In this document: positions 8,610 to 16,469 of the stretch, piece after piece
Position numbering within the stretch: the first letter of the stretch is position 1
How the letters are laid out: the number at the start of each line of letters is the position of its first letter
Assembly (NCBI GenBank): GCA_027491395.1
Contig: JAOZFI010000055.1
Coordinates: 1-27,590, forward strand
Length of the DNA stretch: 27,590 nucleotides
Origin: Thermoproteota archaeon
GTDB taxonomy: Archaea; Korarchaeota; Korarchaeia; Korarchaeales; Korarchaeaceae
Direction of reading: 5' to 3'
Made by a program: the position numbers and the translations under genes
The notes under the pieces: model-generated
Seen by the model: the letters and a program-made list of their open reading frames with translations, nothing else
Told to the model about the DNA's origin: nothing
Databases searched by the model: none

Positions 8610-9908
8610 TCACATACTTCTCAGGGCCTTCCACCCCAGCAGCAAGGCAGACAGAAGGGATATCCCCTCCTCGGACAGCTCCTTCCTCAGGAAGGAGTAA
8701 AGGTTCTCCTTAGGCTTATCATCAACCAAGAAGAGATGTTCCAGAGTTTTCACCGCTATCCTCGGTATGGAGGAGTAAAGCCTTTCGTCCTCCATTAGAT
8801 CGACCGCCTTCCTGGCGGTCTCTAACTCCCTCAGCATTCCCTTTGACAGGATCTCCTGATACCTGCTCAGGGATCTTGCCGAGGTATCCCCACTCTCTAG
8901 GGCGTGATGCACCGCCTCCGCCGCAGCTCTGGCGCTCTCGATGGCGAAGTCCATCCCTCTGACTGTCACCCCATAGTTAACGCAGAAGCCAGCTGCATCG
9001 CCGACGACGACCATCCCATCGGTATAGAGCTTGACGCCCCTCATGAACTGAGTCTCGGGTATTATGTGGGCAGAGTACTCCACGAGCTTCCCCCCTTCCA
9101 AGTATCTCCTGATCATGGGGTGCGACTTAAACTTCTCCGTGATCTCCCACATGGCAGTGGATACCTCGGAGACCTTGGAGGCTAGGGAACCTATCCTCAT
9201 CACCACACCGAGGGAGACGCTTTCCTTGTTGGTGTAGATGAATCCTCCGCCAATCACTCCCTCGGTCAGGTCTCCCACGTAGAGCTGAGCCGCACCCTCA
9301 TCCTTGGAGAGACCGAACCTATCCTCTATAACCTCCTTGGGTAGTTCTATAACCTCCTTAGCACCGACGGCAAAGTCCTCCTTGGATAGTTTCGGCCTGA
9401 GACCAGCCTTCTCCGCCATGAAGCTCAGGGCACCATCAGCTGCTATCACGACCTCAGCTCCCATCTCCTCGTCGCCTTCTGCCACTATCCCGACCACGCG
9501 ACCGTCCCTGATGAGGGGCCCCTCTACCTTGAATCCGGATATCACCTCTGCCCCGGCGTCCTCCGCTTTTTCGGCCAGCCACTGGTCGAACTTGGCCCTG
9601 AGTAGGGTGAAGCTCCTCCCCTCGGGCTTGGTGCTTAGCCTTATCTCCACCCCCCTATCGCCATGGAGGAACCCTAAGACCTCCTTCGTTACCTCCCTCT
9701 CTACAGGAGCCTCCTTCCAAAATTCTGGGAAGATCCTCTCTAACGACCAAGAGTAGAGCCGTCCCCCGAACATGTTCTTTGCTCCAGGTCTCTTCCCCCT
9801 CTCCACAGTCAATACGGTGTACCCTCTCTTCGCTAGGAGGTAGGAGGCGACGGAACCAGCTGGTCCCGCGCCCACCACTATGACGTCGAAGTCCGCCAAC
9901 TCAGCCAC
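8610..9908 (-). CDS. fixC: FixC/EtfC family flavoprotein (ETF:quinone oxidoreductase)
   Basis: GAGPAG FAD loop, ERGKRPGAKNMFGGRLY, GGGFIYTNKESVSLG, EYSAHIIPE, RGMDFAIESA; downstream of etfAB. Confidence 0.9.
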   Translation of the reverse strand: MAELADFDVIVVGAGPAGSVASYLLAKRGYTVLTVERGKRPGAKNMFGGRLYSWSLERIFPEFWKEAPVEREVTKEVLGFLHGDRGVEIRLSTKPEGRSFTLLRAKFDQWLAEKAEDAGAEVISGFKVEGPLIRDGRVVGIVAEGDEEMGAEVVIAADGALSFMAEKAGLRPKLSKEDFAVGAKEVIELPKEVIEDRFGLSKDEGAAQLYVGDLTEGVIGGGFIYTNKESVSLGVVMRIGSLASKVSEVSTAMWEITEKFKSHPMIRRYLEGGKLVEYSAHIIPETQFMRGVKLYTDGMVVVGDAAGFCVNYGVTVRGMDFAIESARAAAEAVHHALESGDTSARSLSRYQEILSKGMLRELETARKAVDLMEDERLYSSIPRIAVKTLEHLFLVDDKPKENLYSFLRKELSEEGISLLSALLLGWKALRSM

Positions 9909-10815
9909 CCTTAATCTCCTTCAACTTTCTCGTGAGGACGGGGAGGAACTCGTACAGATCCATGACGACCCCATAATCAGCCTGTTCGAATATGGGCGCC
10001 TTGGAGTCCGTGTTAACCGCGACTACGACCTTGGAATCCATTATACCGGCGGCAAACTGCTGCTGGCCTGATGCCCCGACCACTATCAGGAGCTTAGGAG
10101 CTATCCGGACGCCGCTTATCCCTATCCAGACTTCCTCCTCCATCCACTTCAGGTCCGCGGCTATTGGTCTGGTGGCGCCCACCACCCCTCCCAGCACATC
10201 AGCCAGCTCGTAAGCTAATTTAAGGTCCTCCTTCTTCCTGAATCCCCTACCTACAGCTACAACGATCTCCGCCTTATCGAGGGGGACACCGACTTTTGGC
10301 TTCTCCTTCCTCTCGATGACCTCAATTCTCCTCTCCACTGAGGGAGCACTGATCTCCCTTACTGAGGGCTCACCCTCTTCTGGAGGCTTGAACTTACCCT
10401 TCTGGACTGATATCACGGCGGGAAGACCCAGCTCCTCCACGGCTATGGCCTTCCCACCGAAGGTCATCCTCTCGACTACGAGCTTCCCGTCCTCCACGGA
10501 CAGGGAGGAGACATCTACCGCCGAGGAGGCTCCCAGCCTGTGGGCCACCTGACCCACCAGCTCCCTGCCCCTCCTATCACTGGCTAGGAGCACGACCTCG
10601 TAATCACCCGCAAGCCCGCTTATCAGCTCGACCAACCCCTCCTGATCTCCACTACCCATTCCCTTGCAGAGCAGGATTTCTTTGGCTCCCTTAACCTCAT
10701 TGATCCTGCCCTCCTGATCGGAGGTCATGATAAGGGATACATCTCCCAGCTCCCTACCGGCTGATATGAGTTCGAGGACCAGATCCATGGAATGAGAGAA
10801 CGCTAGGACTTTCAT
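9901..10815 (-). CDS. fixB: Electron transfer flavoprotein alpha subunit (FixB/EtfA)
   Basis: VVAVGRGF, VGATRPIA, IGISG, VAVNTDSKAPIFEQADYG. Confidence 0.92.
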   Translation of the reverse strand: MKVLAFSHSMDLVLELISAGRELGDVSLIMTSDQEGRINEVKGAKEILLCKGMGSGDQEGLVELISGLAGDYEVVLLASDRRGRELVGQVAHRLGASSAVDVSSLSVEDGKLVVERMTFGGKAIAVEELGLPAVISVQKGKFKPPEEGEPSVREISAPSVERRIEVIERKEKPKVGVPLDKAEIVVAVGRGFRKKEDLKLAYELADVLGGVVGATRPIAADLKWMEEEVWIGISGVRIAPKLLIVVGASGQQQFAAGIMDSKVVVAVNTDSKAPIFEQADYGVVMDLYEFLPVLTRKLKEIKGG

Positions 10816-10829
10816 CTTATCCACCCCCC

Positions 10830-11603
10830 TCACAGGACACCCTCCTCCTTCAGGGCCTGAATCAGCTTTTCTGCCGCCTCTTCAACATCTCCTTCTATCA
10901 CTATCTGCTTCCTCTCGACTTTCGGAACCTTCAACTCCCTAATCACGAGTTTGGGCTCAACATGAGGGGAGAAGTCCTTCTGGTCCATGGGCTTCTTCTT
11001 GGCCTTGACTATCTCGACCAGCTTGGGTACCCTAGGCTTATTTATCTCTTGAGTAACGCTTATCACGGCTGGAAGTTTGACCTTCACCACTTCCTCGAAG
11101 TCCTCCAAGCTCCGGGTTACTTTCACGTAATCCCCTTCAACCTCGATGGCGGTTGCATAAGCCACGTAAGGCCAGCCGAGCTCGGCAGCTAACCTGGCCG
11201 GTAACAGGCCTGAGAAATTGTCCTCACTACCCTCAGCTGCCAAGACCAGTCTGAACTTATCCCTTATCTCCTCAGCTAGAACCTTGGCTATCACGTACGT
11301 GTCACCTTTCTCTGCACCCTCTCCCATGATCAGCACTGCCCCATCTAGCCCCATGGCCAATACCCTAGTGAGAGCCTCCCTAGCCTCCTTCTGTCTCTTC
11401 CCCGAGGAGCCCCAAGTGGATAGCATTATAGCTATGGCCTTTCCACCGAGCTTCTCCTTCAGTCTGACGGCCTCCTCCGTAGCATTGAGCTCTATATCCC
11501 CCGCCTTCGTGGGAGCATCCTCTATGTAGATTTTTCCGGTATCCTGATCTACTCTGAGCTCCTGAACGTCAAGAGACTGCTTAACGAGGACGGCTATATC
11601 CAT
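10830..11603 (-). CDS. fixA: Electron transfer flavoprotein beta subunit (FixA/EtfB)
   Basis: IAVLVKQ, NATEEAVRLKE, LAMGLD, LPAVISV..INKPRVP; start at ATG 11603. Confidence 0.92.
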   Translation of the reverse strand: MDIAVLVKQSLDVQELRVDQDTGKIYIEDAPTKAGDIELNATEEAVRLKEKLGGKAIAIMLSTWGSSGKRQKEAREALTRVLAMGLDGAVLIMGEGAEKGDTYVIAKVLAEEIRDKFRLVLAAEGSEDNFSGLLPARLAAELGWPYVAYATAIEVEGDYVKVTRSLEDFEEVVKVKLPAVISVTQEINKPRVPKLVEIVKAKKKPMDQKDFSPHVEPKLVIRELKVPKVERKQIVIEGDVEEAAEKLIQALKEEGVL

Positions 11604-11683
11604 AATCGCCACCGCGCTGGCCGGCAATGGAAATATCAAAAAGTTGATTAGTTAAACGGGAAGCTATGTGATGGTGTAGAACA

Positions 11684-11980
11684 ATGTCCAAGCTCTTCGG
11701 CCTCTCCATAGAGGATAAGCTGGCCGCGACTCACTTTGAGGTGGACGACAAGCCTCATATATGGATAAAGGACCAGGAGGTCTGCAGAGAATGTCCGGAA
11801 AAGCCCTGTCAGGTAGCCTGTCCGGCTAAACTGTATCAGTGGAACGAGGAGACTAGAGAGATGCTGTATAACTATGAGGGCTGCTTGGAGTGCGGTACAT
11901 GCCTCCTGATATGCCCTCATGATAACGTTCACTGGAGCTACCCTTCGGGAGGGATGGGGGTAGTCTATAGATTCGGATAA
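11684..11980 (+). CDS. fixX: FixX/EtfX ferredoxin-like protein
   Basis: PHIWI, CRECPEKPCQVACPA, YEGCLECGTCLLICP, WSYPSGGMGVVYRFG. Confidence 0.92.
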   Translation: MSKLFGLSIEDKLAATHFEVDDKPHIWIKDQEVCRECPEKPCQVACPAKLYQWNEETREMLYNYEGCLECGTCLLICPHDNVHWSYPSGGMGVVYRFG

Positions 11981-12063
11981 GATATAACATGCTGATATTT
12001 TACGAAGAAGAGCTCTCATAATTTTTAAGATTCCCAGCACACCTTAGGCTAGGGTGTAACCCT

Positions 12064-13266
12064 TTGGTCGATTTCGGATTCACTGAGGAAGAAGAGGTAT
12101 TTAGGGAGACTCTTAGGGAACTTCTCTCCGAGGTACTGGCTCCTAAGGCTAGGGAAATAGACACGAAGTGTAGGATTCCTGATGAGGTGATAAAGACCCT
12201 CGCGGAGAATGGCATCCTCCTCTTGACGGTCAAGCCAGAATACGGTGGTCAGGGAGCTAGCTGGGTTATGGGGACCATAGCTACTGAGGAACTGGCCCGA
12301 GCCGATCCCAGCGTGGCCACGGCCGTGTTCCACTTGGTGGAGGCCTCTTGGGGGAAGATCGTCGAGAGATACGCGAAGCCCGAGCTGGCTAAGGAGGTCC
12401 TGAGCAGAGCTGCTAAGGGAGAGGGGTTCGTGGGTATAAACTCCACCGAGCCTCAGAGCGGCAGCGATGTGGCTGGGTTCAAGACGTTGGCCAAGAAGGA
12501 GGACGGTTACTGGGTACTCAACGGCGAGAAGACATTCATAAGCGGAATAGTGGAGGCCAAAGAGCTAGACGGAGGCTACGTTACCCTAGTGAAGACCAAG
12601 CCAGAGGCCGTATCTAGGGGAATGAGTATGGTCTGGCTACCGATAAATCTGCCCGGAATAGAGACTGGCCTCTTCGAGGATATGGGCAGATGCGGTATAA
12701 GCACGGGATGGATGAGACTGAACAACGTCAAGATACCTGAGGATTACATAATAGGGGAGGTCAACGAGGGCTTCGGCGTAGCTATGGAGGGATTCAACAG
12801 AGCAAGGGTCTTTGTAGCCGCGGGATGCACCGGAGCTGCAATGGGCATGTTCGATTACACAAAGGACTATGTGAAGAACAGGATGGTGTTCAACAGGTCC
12901 CTAGCATCCTTTGAGGGAATACAGTTCCCACTAGTGGACTATTACTCGAAGCTAGAGGCCACTAGACTCGTCATATATAAGGCCGCGTGGATGATAGATC
13001 AGTTTGACCAAGGCAATGTGACCCTGAAGGAGGCTGGGCTCTGGGCGGCCATGGCCAAGCTGCTGGCTCCAGAGCTTTCCGTTGATGCTATAAAGGAGTT
13101 TATGAAGGCCACTGGAGCTTACGGCTACACGAAGGACACACCGCTCGAGATGGCCTTGAGGGGAGTAATGAGCTACTACGTGGGAGCGGAGGGCGGCCAG
13201 AACATAATGAGGCTGATAGTTGGAAGGTTCCTGTTCGGAAAGGAGCATCTTCCATACAAGAAGTGA
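12064..13266 (+). CDS. Acyl-CoA dehydrogenase
   Basis: STEPQSGSD, LNGEKTFIS, R..FNRSLASFEGIQF, GAYGY, GAEGGQNIMR; TTG start. Confidence 0.93.
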   Translation: MVDFGFTEEEEVFRETLRELLSEVLAPKAREIDTKCRIPDEVIKTLAENGILLLTVKPEYGGQGASWVMGTIATEELARADPSVATAVFHLVEASWGKIVERYAKPELAKEVLSRAAKGEGFVGINSTEPQSGSDVAGFKTLAKKEDGYWVLNGEKTFISGIVEAKELDGGYVTLVKTKPEAVSRGMSMVWLPINLPGIETGLFEDMGRCGISTGWMRLNNVKIPEDYIIGEVNEGFGVAMEGFNRARVFVAAGCTGAAMGMFDYTKDYVKNRMVFNRSLASFEGIQFPLVDYYSKLEATRLVIYKAAWMIDQFDQGNVTLKEAGLWAAMAKLLAPELSVDAIKEFMKATGAYGYTKDTPLEMALRGVMSYYVGAEGGQNIMRLIVGRFLFGKEHLPYKK

Positions 13267-13351
13267 GCTGCAGTCACAAGTATACCATCTATTATTTTTT
13301 TAAAGTTAATTAACTTCAGCGCCTTCTCCTAGGTGATCCAAGCTGCTGAGG

Positions 13352-13642
13352 GTGAAGGAAATCTCCTTAGATGGGATCAGGCTGGTCGGAATAGAGGTGG
13401 ACCTACCTGATTCTCCACCTCTCATCTTGATAAGGGGGAATAGGAGCTTCGCCATGTGCGGGTTCCTGAACATAGAGGCCGCGGATAGAGCGGGGGTATT
13501 GGCCATCATGTCCAGCGGCGTCAACAGCGTGGAGGATCTCTTGGAGGCCCCAGTTAAAGGAACTACCTCTAGAGCACTGGAGATGGGTGCAAAGATGGGT
13601 GAGAAGGTCTCCGAATCCCTGAGGAGGATAGAGATGGAGTAG
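13352..13642 (+). CDS. YunC / DUF1805 family protein
   Basis: PPLILI, FAMCGFLNIEAA, GVNSVEDLL, ALEMG..G motifs. Confidence 0.85.
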   Translation: MKEISLDGIRLVGIEVDLPDSPPLILIRGNRSFAMCGFLNIEAADRAGVLAIMSSGVNSVEDLLEAPVKGTTSRALEMGAKMGEKVSESLRRIEME

Positions 13643-13649
13643 ATGCGTG

Positions 13650-14765
13650 ATGAAGTACAGATGTATCAGTTGCGGTTACACGACTTCGAACTTCTTCGCT
13701 AAGTGCCCGAAATGCGGATCTCCGATGGAGATAGTCTTGGATCGGATGGAATGGTCGCTGGACGAGGAGGAACCGTCCATATGGAGGTATAGATATCTAC
13801 TTCCCGATCCCAAGAGGAGGGTTAGCTTGGGTGAGGGACTCACGCCCCTCAGGAGGATCGAGGGCATACTCGTGAAGGACGAAACTAGGAACCCCACAGG
13901 TTCGTACGTCGACAGGGGATCCTCAGTACTAGTCAGTTGCTCAGATCTACCCGAGGAGCTGGAGCTCGACTTCTCTCAGGACATAACGGTCTCCATCTCC
14001 ACATACCTGCTGGAGTCCGGCGTGAAGGTCAGGGTCAGGGTGGATCCAAGCAGCGTGGAGCTAACTGAGCTGCTTTACCTCTCAAACTTGGATGTGGACA
14101 TATCCTTCGATGGGGGCGGAGGAAGGGCGTACGAGAGTCCCTTCATGATAGAGGGCTTCAAAACTATAGCCTTCGAGATATACGAGGCAAAGGGAGGGGC
14201 CGATGGTCTAGTCATTCCAGCGGAGTCAGGAGTCTTGGCATACGGGGTATGGAAGGGATTCTCCGAGCTGGAGGAACTGGGCCTATCGAGGATCCCCCCC
14301 ATATACTTAGCTTACCACGGGACCGTCAAGACGGGACTCCTCGAGACCTTGGAGAGCAGGGGTGTGAGATTGGTTGAAGTGGATGCGGCAAGTGCACTAG
14401 AGTCACTGGTCCAGTTGGCGAGGAAGGGGGTGTACATCAAGCCAGTAGCTGCCAAGGCGTACTCCCTAGCCAAGGAGCTCGGGAGCGATGTGATAGCCGT
14501 ACTCACAGGAACCGGCCTCAGGAAGTGGGAACATGGGGTGACTGCGAGGCCTCTCACCGAACTCCAAGCGAGAGTGCTGAATGTCCTCAGGGAGGGTGGT
14601 GAGATGACCGCGTACCAGATATGGAGGAGGTTAGATGACGTTTCACTCCAAGGCGTTTACAAGGCGCTCTCGAAGCTGGTCGAATCGGGTATGGTTGAGA
14701 GTAGGAGCTCGATGATGAAGCGGAGGAAGATAAGGCTATATAGAGTCATGGAATCCAGTCGTTGA
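13650..14765 (+). CDS. Degenerate threonine-synthase-like (PLP fold II) protein with N-terminal Zn ribbon and C-terminal winged helix
   Basis: CxxC..CxxC, SIWRYRYLLP, SLGEGLTPL, KDETRNPTGSYVDRG, EGFKTIAFEI, VLTGTGL, then a wHTH in the last ~70 aa. Confidence 0.85.
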   Translation: MKYRCISCGYTTSNFFAKCPKCGSPMEIVLDRMEWSLDEEEPSIWRYRYLLPDPKRRVSLGEGLTPLRRIEGILVKDETRNPTGSYVDRGSSVLVSCSDLPEELELDFSQDITVSISTYLLESGVKVRVRVDPSSVELTELLYLSNLDVDISFDGGGGRAYESPFMIEGFKTIAFEIYEAKGGADGLVIPAESGVLAYGVWKGFSELEELGLSRIPPIYLAYHGTVKTGLLETLESRGVRLVEVDAASALESLVQLARKGVYIKPVAAKAYSLAKELGSDVIAVLTGTGLRKWEHGVTARPLTELQARVLNVLREGGEMTAYQIWRRLDDVSLQGVYKALSKLVESGMVESRSSMMKRRKIRLYRVMESSR

Positions 14766-14766
14766 G

Positions 14767-15411
14767 ATGGATCCCAAGGAAAGGCTCAAGGAATCCTTAG
14801 TGGAGTTGGATGAGGATTCCTTCTTCGAAGCGCTTAAGGACCTATTAGCTGGGGGAGAGGATCCTTGGGACATAATACTCGGTCCCATGAGCGAGGCCAT
14901 GGATGAGATAGGAAAGCTCTACGAGGAGGGCGAGTATTTCATAGCGGAGATGCTCGTGGCGGCTGATATATTTAAGAAAGCCCTCAAGGAGATGGGTATC
15001 GAGGAATCAGATAGCGAGTCTTCCTTGGGAGTAGTGGTCATAGGTACAGTGAAGGGAGATGTCCACGACATAGGGAAGAGCCTAGTTGCCACAATGCTGA
15101 GGGCTTCGGGTTTCAAGGTGATAGATTTGGGGGTTGATGTGGATGCTGACAGATTCATCCACGCAGTTAGGGAGCATGACGCAGATATAGTGGCAATGAG
15201 CGCCCTGCTAACGACCACTAGGAACTACATGAAGACCGTGATAGACAGATTGAAGGAGGAGGGTCTCAGAGACAGAGTGAAGGTGCTGATAGGAGGCCTG
15301 TCCACATCTGAGAAGTTTGCTGAGAAGATAGGAGCCGATGGATGGGGTAAAAACGCCATAGAAGGAGTAGAAGTAGCTAAGAGGCTTCTCGGCGTGCCAG
15401 CTAATGGATGA
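14767..15411 (+). CDS. Cobalamin-binding corrinoid protein (MtbC/MttC/MetH B12-domain family)
   Basis: Cap domain GKLYEEGEYFIAEML, GTVKGDVHDIGK (DxHxxG), DLGVDV, SALLTTT, IGG. Confidence 0.93.
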   Translation: MDPKERLKESLVELDEDSFFEALKDLLAGGEDPWDIILGPMSEAMDEIGKLYEEGEYFIAEMLVAADIFKKALKEMGIEESDSESSLGVVVIGTVKGDVHDIGKSLVATMLRASGFKVIDLGVDVDADRFIHAVREHDADIVAMSALLTTTRNYMKTVIDRLKEEGLRDRVKVLIGGLSTSEKFAEKIGADGWGKNAIEGVEVAKRLLGVPANG

Positions 15412-15577
15412 AGTGAACGAGAAACGAGTTAACGTAACTCCAATTTTTCCGAATTACGTGATTGATTCCTCCCGAACCCTCCATCCCGCAAGGCATCATG
15501 CGATCGAACGAGGGCCCACCAGATCCGGTCATGGATCCGTAAACGACTTTTATAGTCAGGCGTAAGTTCCGGTTGAC

Positions 15578-16420
15578 ATGCGAGTCAGAGGTAGCGCGGC
15601 TGGCACAATAGCTATACTCACCGTAGCGGCCCTGTGGGGAGGGACCTTCACTGCCATGAAGTCAGCATTCTACTCGGCGGACCCCATGCCCTTCCTCCTT
15701 ACTAGGTTCGCCTTGGCCCTCCTGATACTATCCCTTCTCTACTTCATCAGGGGAATAAGGCCGAAGCTCTCTCAGATAGGCATGCTAGCTGGTCTTATGG
15801 TGTTCCTAGGATTCGCCTTTCAAATGGAGGGCCTTACAGGGATCTCTGCCACAAAATCAGCATTTATCACTGGATTGAATGCGCCTCTCGTCCCTTTATT
15901 CGAGTTAATCATTTTCCGGAGGAAACCTAAGGCTAGAGCTGTCCTTGCAATATTCTTGGGGGTCTTGGGACTGGCCCTCTTGACGGAGGTAGTTTACGGA
16001 ATCCCGCTCGCCACAGGCGATCTCTTAACACTTGGATGCGCTGTGGCGTGGGCCCTTCAGATAGTGGTAGTCGATAGAGCTTCAAAGGTACTCTCACCGG
16101 ATGATGTAGCCTTCAACGAGTTTCTCGTTACTTTTGCACTTGCTCTAGTGTCCATTCCGGTGCTGGGAGAATATAGCATACCATTAGATCCTGTGGTAGT
16201 CGCAGCAGTCCTATATTCTGGAATCTTGGCCACGGTGGTTGCGTTTTACCTCCAAGCATGGGCCCAAGAGAGGATCTCGCCCGAGTCAGCTGCCCTAGGC
16301 CTCATGGCTGAACCCGTATTCGCATACACATTTGCCTGGCTCCTGCTGGGTGAGTTTCTATCTCCACTCCAGCTTATAGGAGCGTTGCTGATCCTCGTGT
16401 CGATACCTCTAGCCAGCTAG
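15578..16420 (+). CDS. EamA/DMT family transporter
   Basis: 10 TM, LWGGTF, RF, SAFITGL, GDLLTL, EPVFA motifs. Confidence 0.9.
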   Translation: MRVRGSAAGTIAILTVAALWGGTFTAMKSAFYSADPMPFLLTRFALALLILSLLYFIRGIRPKLSQIGMLAGLMVFLGFAFQMEGLTGISATKSAFITGLNAPLVPLFELIIFRRKPKARAVLAIFLGVLGLALLTEVVYGIPLATGDLLTLGCAVAWALQIVVVDRASKVLSPDDVAFNEFLVTFALALVSIPVLGEYSIPLDPVVVAAVLYSGILATVVAFYLQAWAQERISPESAALGLMAEPVFAYTFAWLLLGEFLSPLQLIGALLILVSIPLAS

Positions 16421-16469
16421 CCCCCAACAGCATTTATAACGATCCTCACCAACCTGACATGGTGCAGTC

